Assembly (NCBI GenBank): GCA_010093705.1 | Contig: MU006089.1 | Span: 2,219,561 to 2,283,560, forward strand | Length of the DNA: 64,000 bases | Direction: 5' to 3' | DNA from: Patellaria atrata CBS 101060 | Taxonomy: Eukaryota | Shown: piece after piece, positions 49,401-60,881 of the stretch | Layout: the number at the start of each line of letters is the position of its first letter | Numbering within the stretch: the first letter of the stretch is position 1 | Translations under genes and position numbers: made by a program | Notes under the pieces: generated by a model | The model's database searches: none | What the model was told of the DNA's origin: nothing | What the model saw: only the letters and a program-made list of their open reading frames with translations

Positions 49401-52400
49401 ATGTCTACTGAAGTACACACCCGACAACCTGCCTCGCGCGGCAGGTCTACAACTCGTGGCGGTAGAGGTAGTTATGCTTCAAGGAGCGGTCCTCGAGGAG
49501 GAAATAGACATACCAACGGCGACTCTAAGAATGCGGTACCCGATGAAACCGATCTTGGTGAACTTGGAGAGCTGAAAAAGCAGTATTCCTCGCAATTGAG
49601 CATGCTTAAGGAAATGTTCCCCGATTGGGCAGACGTGGACCTCTTATTTGCAGTCCAGGAGACTGACGGTGACCTACAGCGCACCATTGACCATATCACT
49701 GAAGGTAAGAAAGTTATGGGGATGCAGACTAACTCGCAAAACTGATCCTACAATCTGATCTCTTACTGTCGCCGGGTTTTCTCAAATCTACATCGCTAAC
49801 TGATCTTTGTTAGGAAACGTTTCTCAATTTGCTGAGATCAAGAAGAAAACCAAAGACAGGGCCCGTTCGAAAGCGAAGGAATCATCTGCAGCAGCTCCAG
49901 ACGCTTCTTCATCTCGCCCAAGTCGTGGCAGAGGCGGCCTAGATAGCTCACGTGCTGGCCGTGGGCGAGGTGACCGTGGCGGACGAGGTGGTTTTCGCGG
50001 TAGCAGAGGAGGAGCTCATGCAACCACAAATGGAACCCGCACTATAGGTCAACCATCAGTCCCAACTACGGAATCATCAGCATGGGATACTCCGCAAACT
50101 GAGGCTGGCGGTGACTGGGATAAATCTGTACCTGCAGCTACAGCTGAGGCAAATGATCAGTCGGCTGCGCCAGAGGCTCAGAAACCCGCTCCAGTTCCTG
50201 CCGCCGTCCCGAAGAAGACCTGGGCGCAAATGTTTGCTCAACCTAAACCTGCTCCAATTCCGGCAAAGAAAGCTGCAGAAGCCCCTCAAGTTCCTGATGT
50301 CGGGCTTCCACCCCCTAGTGAGGACATTACAGCTCCAGAAGAGCAAGTGGAAGCTGCGATTGAAACGGAAGCGCTATCTATCCCACCGGTAGCAGACGAA
50401 GCTGCACCGGATGAGCCCATTGCCGAGACAACGGAACCTTCTATATCGACACCTGATATTACTGAGGATACGGCAGCATTGGATTTAACTCCCTCCAAAG
50501 ATGAACTGACCGTTGACAATGTCGAACATCTCCCAGACTCATCCCATCCGGTTGTTTCGGAGACGGTCGCGAGTACAGTCGCCAGCACTCGCGATGCGGG
50601 AAGCACACTCAGCGCAATTACACCCTCTATTCCACTGCAGCAACAACCGCCTATTGGACGGCCTCCTATGGGAGGATATGCCACGACCGCCTATAAAGCG
50701 ACCGCTACTCCGGGAACACGAAGTGCGAGCTATCAGCGTAGGCTCCTAGAACAACAAGAGGCCGTTGTCTTGCCTGGCAATCATGCTATAGACAAGGTGG
50801 GAGTTCAGTTTGGTAGCATGGGCTTGAACGGTGATTTGGATTCCGATACTCTTGATGTGGACGAAGATAGGGAGGAGGCAGAGACGCGTACACAACCCCC
50901 ACAACATTCTCCTACCCAGCAACCCAGGGCATCACTACCTCCAGTTCCTCGTCAACCGTCAGCTCCCACAGAGGCCCCTCAGCCGGAAACTCTCCCAACC
51001 CCTAAAGCTGCTCCTGGTCTTCCTTCTGTACCTCAGCAACATCCGCCACCACAGCAGGCTGCACAAAGTTCACCTCCAGCTCCATTAGGTTCTCAGGTAA
51101 TGTCACAGCAAGGCTCTCAAGGCGCACATCCTTACAGCCAATTTGGCCGTTATGGACAACCCAATCCAACAGATGCTTCAGCCCCAAGCCAGAAACCTTA
51201 TGATCCATTCGGTCATCAAGCAGCGCAGTCGAACCAATTTGAGGGGTTCCCAGGGCAATCAAGCGCTCAAAGTCAACAACCCCAAAATCATTCCCAGCAA
51301 GGTGCTTTCTCATCAGCTCCGTCGGATTACTCTTCCTATTACACTTCTGAGCAGCAACGGAATGCATACTCAAACTATTATGGGCATAATTATAACCAAC
51401 AGGGTGCAAGCGGTCAGAATGACAGTGCTCCATCTCAGCAAAGGGTGGGCAGCGCTTTCAGTGCTGCTCCTGGCGACTCGTCATATCCTACGAGTCAGCC
51501 GCAGCAGGTGAGAATAGATTCTATTCACAATACGTCATTTTCTCGTAGTCTTTTTCAAGGACTTGAATATATTGATCATTTATTGCCATCTTATCAGAAT
51601 AATTCTAACAAACGCAAACAGAGTCAGAGCCGTTACAGTGAAGCTCAAAATAGCGGTCACACAACTCCAAATCCATTGGTAGGTGGCCAAACTCAGACTG
51701 GAGCTCAATCTCAACAAGCCCAACATATTGGTCAGCAACCTCACGGACACAACAGTGGACAACATTTTGGTGGTTATGGCGCCCAGCCTTATTTCAATAA
51801 CCCACAGCAATACTACAATGCTTACATGAACCAGTACGGGTACGGTCAAGGCGGATATGGTGGCGGTCCATTTGGAGCTGGAAAGGGTGGAATTTATGGC
51901 CAACCTCACCAGTACGGCATGTCTCCACATGCAGGCTACGATCAACATTCCTCTTCTCCTGCAAATGCAGCTGCTTTCACTCAGTCATCCCTACACGGTC
52001 GTGACAGTGCTCTCGGCGGTGCCTTGGGAGACTATGGACGTTCTGGATCGGCGCAACCTTCCCAAAGTCAGCAGCACGGTACTGCTAGCGGATTTGGCGG
52101 CATGCACGATGTCTTTGGCAGCCGTGGTCAGGGTGGATTTCCCAGTCAAAGTCAAGGTTATGGTCAACAGCAAAGCGGCCAGCAATCCGGTAACGAGGAT
52201 TCTTTGAAGCCGTTTGGCGACACGAAGGCGACCGCAGGACCTAGTCCTTCATTAGGGCAACCACATCGTCCGAGCTCAGCCACAAATACCGCCCCTGGAC
52301 AAGGAGCCCAATCTGGATTGCCCCCACAATCGCACCAGCAAGGCTTTGGTGGATATCCTGGTGGACTTCACAACAACCAAGGCTCTCAATACGGTGGACT

Positions 52401-52527
52401 TGGGGGTCTTGGACATCAAGGCGGCAGCCAAGGACAAGGCTATGGTGGAGGTTACGGTGGATTCGGGGGTACCTACGGCAGCTATGGAAGTCGTGGTGGC
52501 TGGGGCTCGAACTACCCTAATCATTAG
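49401..52527 (+). CDS. DEF1: RNA polymerase II degradation factor Def1 (CUE domain, Q/G/Y-rich tail)
   Basis: CUE motif 'LKEMFPDWADVDLLFAVQETDGDLQRTIDHITEG', RGG boxes, 'KTWAQMF', 'EQQEAVVLPG' and 'VQFGSMGL'. Introns at 49705-49813 and 51508-51621. Confidence 0.88.
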
Positions 52528-53239
52528 CCTTTTGGACATGTGCAAAGAAGTGAGCCTCTCTATCCCAGACTGGACAATAATTGAGACACAAGCAAGGAGG
52601 ATCACCAGGAAATAACCATCCATTTATCCATCTACGAGGAACAGCGGGAATGGGATTGTATTATGACGGGAATGGGCCACTTTTGACTTAATTCCGATTC
52701 TTTTCTTGCTTGTGCTTTTACTACTCTCCTCTCGTCTCTCCCTTTTCATTCTACAGATTGTATCACAACAAATGGGCAAGGGTGGTTTCGCCGAAAAAAA
52801 TTTCTAAGGGTATGAATGGATAGTGTTAAGGTTTCTTTGCTTTATACGGCGAGTCTGCGATTGCAGGGTGTGTTTGGCGGATTATGCTGAGGTTTAGGAA
52901 CCAATGATAGGACTATTGGAACTGGGGGCACTAATTTTGCTCGATCTGATTGCTTAGCATTAACGATTAAATCGATGAAGTTGCGAGCAGGACTATCTAT
53001 ATTACCTCTGACACGTGACCGTTTTTCTCCTTGCCGTTCAAGGGGTCGATATCCCTTAAGCCTAACCTAAGCTCCGAACCGGGTATCGGAATCGGAGAAA
53101 TCCCATCCCGAGAAGCTCCCAAAACTTCACGTCACCTCGAGATAAATACTCGATCTAGACAACGAAGGAATAAGATGGTCCGATAACACCTGGACATACT
53201 GTATATACACCTCGAGCTCGTGTTCCATCCCGTCAGGCC

Positions 53240-54322
53240 ATGGCCAAACCATCGCGCCGATCCAAATCCTCACTCCCATCCTCCACCTCCACAAACGCAA
53301 CCACACCACCCAACCCGCTGCCTCCATTCGCGCCCGCGCCCGCAGCGCTAAAACCGTTTCTTCGCACCCTCGATTCGGGTAAGATGTATATCACCCACAT
53401 CGATACCTTCCCCGCCGCGTTCAAGAAACGAATCTTCCTCGTCCCCTTAACCCTAAATCTCACCATCTTCCTGCTGCTTGTCTGGAGAATATGGGTCATC
53501 TGGCCTCTCTACTGGCGCATTTTCGTGGTGCCGTTGGTGTTGAGGGGCCAGGGCCTCGATTTGAGGCCGAAGGATATGACATGGGGTGAGATTGCGTGGT
53601 TAGGGACGAAGAGGGGTGCGACTTTTTTGTTGGATTGGTTTCTGCTAACGATCGTGGGAAGATGGCCGTGGAGTTTCTTTTTGGAGCGGCCGGGGAATCC
53701 GTGTGAGTGGAGATGGAGGGTGGGGTTCAGGGAAAGGGAGGTCGTGGTGAGGGTGAGTAGGGGGTGGGGAAGGGACGATTTACTCGAGGGGGCTAAGAAA
53801 GGGGGAGAGTCACCATTTTTTAAAGTGAGGGTGTTGCCGGCGGTGCGGAGGGATTATGTAAAGGCGAAGACGGGGTATGTTATGATGGGCAAGGATTGGG
53901 ATTTGGAGTTTGCGGCTATGGTTACTGCTCATGACCTAGTCGACAAAAACGTGGTTGAAGAAGAATTACTGCAGAAGAGCGTGCTGGTCTATGGCGGAAC
54001 CGATAAGGGGAAGAATGACAGTGATAATTGGTGGATCTGGGATCTCTGGCGTTTGGACGAGGGTGCAGAAACTGAAGCGAGGAACAAGATCGTCGAGTTC
54101 AAGGATAGGTTGACCGCGATGGGTAAGGAGGGCCTATTTTTCAGGTGGATCGAACTCGTGCAGTACGAGAGCAGTCAGCCGGGCGGGTTCACGAGGGAGA
54201 GGCAGGAGAACGCGGTTAAGAATGCGAGAGAGCTGTTCAAGTTAAATGGGATCGATTTTGACGACTTTTTGAGGAGTATTGGGGGGTTAGAAGAATTGCC
54301 GGGCATGGAGAGTGCTGCATGA
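53240..54322 (+). CDS. Conserved fungal hypothetical membrane protein
   Basis: 360-aa ORF with two TM segments and plausible conserved blocks ('YITHIDT-P--FK--IF-VP', 'KTGYVMMGKDWDL', 'LFFRWIELVQYES'). Confidence 0.75.
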   Translation: MAKPSRRSKSSLPSSTSTNATTPPNPLPPFAPAPAALKPFLRTLDSGKMYITHIDTFPAAFKKRIFLVPLTLNLTIFLLLVWRIWVIWPLYWRIFVVPLVLRGQGLDLRPKDMTWGEIAWLGTKRGATFLLDWFLLTIVGRWPWSFFLERPGNPCEWRWRVGFREREVVVRVSRGWGRDDLLEGAKKGGESPFFKVRVLPAVRRDYVKAKTGYVMMGKDWDLEFAAMVTAHDLVDKNVVEEELLQKSVLVYGGTDKGKNDSDNWWIWDLWRLDEGAETEARNKIVEFKDRLTAMGKEGLFFRWIELVQYESSQPGGFTRERQENAVKNARELFKLNGIDFDDFLRSIGGLEELPGMESAA

Positions 54323-54877
54323 TAAGCCATAAAAGATAATTAGTACGTTTAATTGTAAACAGCAAATGGGTGGTACGTCAGGTGAGTGTACACAGTGGTC
54401 ATGTATAGACCACGGATATGATATCGTATCTTAGCAACCATGGTACGATAGTGTACAATTACTGTAAACTAATGGATAACAGGCCAATTGTTCTATTTGT
54501 GACGGATCTTTCTGGCAACCACTTGGGTTAATCGCGATACCTCAGCGAGCCGTGATGGCTTTCCGACGTTGCTTATTCACGTAGATAAATGAATTGTCGA
54601 TCCGGCATTAAGAGCGGTCAATCGAACCGATAAGGCGGGATAATTCGATATCCGCCGGCACATTTGTTACTCTTGCTTGTTATTTAACCTCCGGAGAGCT
54701 ACTCCAGGTTCTTCTCCGTCGACTTCAGCGTTCAGCGGTTGCTTTCCGGTGTACCCTCATGGTCACAGACCGATATTTACCGGCTATCTCCCTGTAAGTA
54801 AAAATATTTTAGGGCATGATGAATGCGATCTAACGTATCAGATAGTTAAGATCAAAAATTTCCATATCAGACCGAGA

Positions 54878-55646
54878 ATGGCTACGTCACCAGCGTCACC
54901 CAATGCGGTTCCGTCCCTCGAGAAACTAAGCACAAAGGAAGTCCTTGAGGAAATTCTAGATCCCAGCTTTTTGGATACCGAATTCATATCGTTAGAATCT
55001 CGACTAGAACAGTTCATATTCCACGCAATGCGAACTGAGATCAACCGCACGCAAGTTGCCGCAAGTAACTAGACACATTTTACTAGTCATTGCCGATCTC
55101 TAGATCTCGAATGCTTTGGATTAAAGTCTGAGGCTACGCTCTTCAGGGACGACGGAGAGTATAACAGGAGACTTGAGGAATAGGATTGAAGAAAGTGGTG
55201 CTATAGGCCGTGCTCACATTGGAAAATGGACGCTTTGTTTGCAACTAGATACTAGAGCCTTCTGGATACAATGCGAAAGGGAATGGAATTCCCATAATCT
55301 TTTTATGGAATCGCCCAATTCACCAAAGTTCGAAATACGAGACTCTGATTCGTGTCACGCTAGTCTTAATAATCGCTTTTCTACGTATTTCTCGCAGCGA
55401 ATCTCACTACAACTATGTCTCTACCGTCTTTCAACTCTTTTTGGTAGGCCAGAACCACCAATTGATTCACGTGGATATACCACTTGGTACTTTATGCTCA
55501 AGCACTATAACAATGATAGTTCCACGATATCATTCTATGAAAAGTCAGGTGGTCCACACGTATGCTTCTCCGGTTCTGAGGAAGCAAGCAAAGATGCTTT
55601 AGAACTTGTCAATTTTATTACAGCGTCGGCGTATTGGTTCCAATAG
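54878..55646 (+). pseudogene. Disrupted member (copy C) of the three-copy family
   Basis: 'PSLEKLS...SLESRL...EINR', TAG at 55070-55072, further stops and a frameshift, then 'RISLQLCLYRL-TLFG-P...W...F-G-EEASKDALELVNF'. Confidence 0.65.
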
Positions 55647-56986
55647 AGCGTTGCGCGGAGCCGTAGAAGACGATAACGAAAAGGATCGATACCATGTTCA
55701 GCGCTAACTTTCCCTACGGCATGATTTATGGCTTAAAGACCGGCGAATCCAGGGTTATAATTATCAAGATACCTCATACCAGTGTTAACAAACTGTCTCT
55801 TGCGGCTGTGCTCTCGTAAACGCTAGAATAGGACGGCATTTTGCACTCAGTCCTTCCAAATTTCTTTCATAGAGAGAAAAGATTTCCTAGGGAAAATGTA
55901 CATCAAATTTGACTATGCTCGACTACTTCTCCGTTAAACTAATTTGATTCTCCCTAATCCCCTATCTGTGAAGCTTCACATATCTTGAAATAATGGACCT
56001 TCTCCCAAATGCAGTGATCATAGGCTCCATAAGTAGCACGTAGAATATCTACAAGACCGTTCTGCTATAGAAAAACTGCGTTGAATGCGTACGAGGTTAA
56101 AAGCTTCATCCACATTAGGAGTAACAGCCTCTTCGACAGTAACTACCGTATGTGGAATATAAAGGCCACGTACGATGTCAACAGATTTACTATGTTAGGG
56201 AAAGGGCTTTCGGAATGCACATGTCTAAATAAAAGAATAGTGTTGAATGGGAAAACAAATTCCATCCGTCCATGGGAAATAAAAAGTTTCGCTACCGTAC
56301 GTCCTCCCTGCTTCCCAGCGAGCGAGTAAAGTAAGTATCACAAAGGTGATATTGGTAGTGGCTCTATATAAGACCATATAAATGAACGCGTACGATATCA
56401 AAAATTTTCTCCTGGTATAAGGGATCGCATGCAATTACATCTGGTCGAACTTTACAAAGTTATTTTTACACCCAGTCAAACATGATGAACACTTGGTACC
56501 GTGGTACTGTAATCAATGAATGAACTGCTGGAACTAAAATTCAAGCCGATCGGTACGTACTGTTAAGGTACTGTAGGCAGTGGTTCTGTACGGGGCAGGC
56601 GATATTTTGAACCCCTATCCCTGAACCTTCCCCCTACGAGACATTTGGGTTCCCAATGTTGGCGAGTGGATACCCCAACGGAAACGTCACTTCACAAATA
56701 TCGCAGGTTAATGTTTTGAGCAGATGTATTATGTAAGTATATAAAATCTCTCCTCAATCATCGCTTTTCTTTCACTAATTCTTCCCCTATTACACTTCCA
56801 CGATACACAACTTCAATATTCCTCTAGTACGCTCTACATCTATATCTCATACAGTCAATATTCACCATCTACTTTCTACTCTCTTCTCCCTTCTCACTAC
56901 TCATCTTCCATCTCTATATCAAAATCTCCTAACTAGTACAAGTACAATAATATTCACATCTCCGTACGAAGTACAGCCCTCCCACA

Positions 56987-57490
56987 ATGGCCTCCCGCAA
57001 CCACTGGAAAGAAGCCAAAGCCATGATCTCAAAGTCGGTCGACAAAATCGAGCTCAACAAACAGCTCGACAAGGAAGCCGAGATCCGGAATGAAAACGTT
57101 GCCGAACTGGCAGAGTCGTACGAGAATATCTACGGGAACGACGGCTTCATAATCCGCAAACGGCTTAGAGCCAAGGGACGTAGGCAGAGGCAAAGGAAGG
57201 AGAATGCCTGGGCTGGAACGAGTGGTGGGGGAGAGGTTTTGCTGAGCGGGAACGACGGGGACTGGGACGTAGATCAGACCTTGGAGATCCAGAAGGCTCA
57301 GGCAGAGGGAGAGTTTGAGGAACAGGTTTGGGAGCCGGACACAGAGTTAGAGATGAAGACAGAGGAGGAGAAGAAGAAGTTTGTGAGGGGCTGGGAGCCG
57401 CCGAAGAGGAAGGTTAAGGTTCCGAAGAAGGTCCCGGAGAAAGACCCGTGGGAGGTTGATGACGGACAGCTGAGTTTCTTGCCTTCTTAA
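56987..57490 (+). CDS. Small charged hypothetical protein
   Basis: ATG in good context (CACAATGG), a pyrimidine-rich leader and a TATATAAAA element at about 56738; 167 aa. Confidence 0.55.
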   Translation: MASRNHWKEAKAMISKSVDKIELNKQLDKEAEIRNENVAELAESYENIYGNDGFIIRKRLRAKGRRQRQRKENAWAGTSGGGEVLLSGNDGDWDVDQTLEIQKAQAEGEFEEQVWEPDTELEMKTEEEKKKFVRGWEPPKRKVKVPKKVPEKDPWEVDDGQLSFLPS

Positions 57491-58738
57491 TAGGGTTCAA
57501 TCCTTCGTAAAACCACCCCAACTGGTCCCTCCTCGTTTCTGCTTTACCCTTTCTGACGTACCACCACTGCGACTGGGAACTCAGCGATGGTGGATCATCC
57601 AAGTGCTCCCATCATGTCCCCATCACGTGTACCTCAGCGCCAACCGGTCTGTCCGGTTGTTGACGGAAACGAAGAGGGCAACCATGAGGCAGAAGAGAAG
57701 AGATCAGTCCTCCACCTCCATCGCGGCGGATGAGGAGAGGGGCTGGGCGATTGTGAGTGGAGGTCGGGGAGTCCTACTCCTCCAGAGATCATTATCTCTG
57801 CAGCTCTGCGGACAGATAGTTGTGACCACAGCAGTGTTTCGAACTGTGCTCCGGCTCCTAGCAGAGGTGGATTCCGCAATACGGGCAGTGAAGATGGAGG
57901 TATTAGTATAAAATATTGAGGGGCCGGCTCCGGCCATCCACCCACCGTCATTGACGCCAGGTCAAGAAGATCGAAACAACTCAGCGTAAACTCCTTAGCT
58001 CCGCCCTCAACCTAGGGTCTCAGGTGAATCCTATTACACAAGCGAAGAACAAGTACAATGCACCCGACCCTCTACCCAGGCATCTCAGTCGGCATCCTCG
58101 GGCCGGACGTCAACATAGGGCTCGGCACCAAACTCACCCCCTCGACTACACCTGTCGCTTCCACCACCATCGGCGTAGCCCATACCTTCTACCCGGTGCC
58201 GTTCTCTACCGCTCGCCGCAGGTTCGCAATTTTGATTTAGCAAACGCGGTGTTCGTCATCGGTGACCCTTTGCGAGTGCGTAACTATCAGGCTCTCCTCG
58301 CGCGGAAGGGGGGAGTTATTTTCTGTCCTCGGGTAACATCCCCACGCGAAAAGATGTAAGTGTTGAATAACACATTTTCTGTAGAAGCGAGCTTACGAGT
58401 TGCAGGTGGCCTATATCATAGACAGGGCATTTGAAGTATGGAATTCGTATTCAATTAGTGTAACCTGCTTTTCCTGGTTGTTACCTGCTTCGAGGCTTGG
58501 ATTTCTTGATTTTTATAGAAAGTATATTTCGCGGGGTACTGGTCAGCGTTGATAGATTTTGTTGATGCTTTTGCATTCTGCGGTACAGTCACTCGCTTTT
58601 TGAGATTCTGCGAATAAAGAGGTTCGTTCGATTGTCTTTCGGACTATCTTCGTAGATTTCTAAAGGTCTTGAGGACGCGTACAATAAATTTGTTTTGTCT
58701 ATACGCACAAAAACTTTTTATATTAGCTTTATACTCAT

Positions 58739-60417
58739 TCAGCTCATTTTCCCCATCTCAACATCACCCTCTAGCATATCATCATCATCCCACCCTCCAC
58801 TTTTCACCTGCTTCCCGACCCAGATACCCGCCGCCGTCAACGTGGTAACCGCGAGGAACCATCCCTCAAACCAGCGTTCAACAAAAACAGGTTCCAGTGG
58901 CGCTCCCAGAACTTCTGAAATCACAGAACTAACCTCTTTCGGCAGATTACTCCGTAGGAGCAACGCAGAGCTGATTACATACGTAGCGCTGACCTGCGAC
59001 ACTATTAAGGCGAGGTTTGCTTGCGCTTGACGAACGACTCCCGGCGCGATGCGAGCGAAGAGGAGGAAGGTCTGAAGGACGCTGTTGAAGGAAGCTAGGA
59101 GCATTACACCGGAGAGGAAGAAGCTGATTTGCCGACTCCAAGCTGCACGATCAAGGCTGGGATCCCAGTGCTTAGCCAGTAAAGCTAGCATGTTGTTAAT
59201 CGGATCGCTGTTCGAGAAGCTGGTAGCAGGTGAATAGAACCGTCTTAATGTTGCGAACGCAGTCGCACAGATGCGGTACAAGCAATAGAGGGAAAAGCCG
59301 TAAGAGAAGAGATTCAATAGGCGCCCGAAAGCTGTTCGTGAACGGATTTGAGTTTGGCGTCGCGCTTCGAGTGAAGTAACAGAGTTTGAAAGTGAGAAGA
59401 GCATGGCTTCTAGACCGGAGATTTCCATCTGGAGACTATTACGTTCCTGCGCTTCTGGGTTACCTCGGACAGTGCTGATCATGCGTGTCATGAAGCCTTC
59501 GGAAGGTATATCGGACATCTTGCGCTGCAGTGCTCGTAATCGACTCCTCTTTGCTTCAAGCATTTCTTGAGTTGCGTCGAGACCGGTCTGCCTGCGCGTA
59601 ATATCGGATTCAGTAACCTGATATAGAGTCAGCGGGTAACTTAAAGGATAGGACTATACATGACGGTTGGAAGAAGGAGGACAGTGAGATATACCATCGC
59701 AGTCTTTGCCCCAAAGGTCTGCCACAGAGAGCTAATTGCGGCGAATCCAGCCAGAGAGGCCATCAATGATATACCGATAATTCCTATTCTCTCTAGACAA
59801 CCCTCGCTAAGACTATGATCCCTAGTGTAGAATTCCTCGTGCAGGTACGAGCCTAGGAGGCCTTGACCAAGGTACCAGAAAGCAGATAGCCAGGCAAATA
59901 GTCCCAGACATTCTAGTACCCATGCTGTTTTGAATCTGCGCTTTCCAGATTCTCCAAGACCAAACCCCGCAGAAGATATGACTGAATGTATCTCCAATGC
60001 TGGCGCAACAAGAATTAAGAGAAATAAGAGCGAAGGGAGGGTGACCTTGAGAGCAGCGGTGCGTGCGGCGCGGTTTAAGGAATCCGAAATTTCGCAAAGT
60101 ATCAATTCAACGAGGACGGTTGATAGCGCAATATTTGCAGAAAATGTAAGACTAGCCAAAGATTTCGCATTCAAATGAATCCATCTTTCTCTGGAGGACG
60201 ACGGTCGCCACACGTCTTTGCTTTCATTGCGTTGGCTCCTTGAGCTTCCGGAAGATGCTGAGCCCGACAAAAGGGGAAATAGCCTGATTGATACAACACT
60301 GGCAACTATCAAGAAGGTAAGAATGAACGGAAGAGCTGAAACAAATGTCGAAAAGGCGTTCGTATGTCGCATATATTCGGGGATGCAGTCATCGCAATCA
60401 TCTTCAGAAGGAAGCAT
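58739..60417 (-). CDS. Golgi pH regulator / GPR89-GTG (ABA-GPCR-like) membrane protein
   Basis: Motifs 'ELILCEI', 'ERIGIIGISLMASLAGFAA', 'FSLYCLYRI', 'DPI' and 'YVISSALLLRSNLP'. Intron at 59618-59694. Confidence 0.85.
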
Positions 60418-60881
60418 AAGGGTCGTCAAGTAGAGTTTATAGGTGAGTGTTCAGATATTGAGTACAGGTAGAGCGATCGGAATGGACTAGACATCGATGT
60501 AAGTTTGATAGAGAAGTGAGCTGAAGCAAAAGAAAAGCCACTTGAGCAGTGGAGGTTGATTTCACCCACACGTGATTAGGTGAATCGCAGTGACGCGTTT
60601 ACGCCAAGCTTCAATGATTGACCGGAAAGACCCCACGCCAAGGAATCTTACTTTGTCTTCCCGCCGCGCTCCGGACGACTTCAAAGAATCACTTGTGGTT
60701 AACCTTTTTTTGGTCTTATAATTATTTACTAAGTCGTCTATAAGTCGTGATGATATTCATGTCTCCCGCCAATACCAACAAAGTACTTCTACCTAGACTC
60801 CCGACCAGAATAAGACCTATCTTGCTGGATAGACCCAGCAAATCCTTATCAATTTATCACTCCCTACCCCGATAGTCTTTG

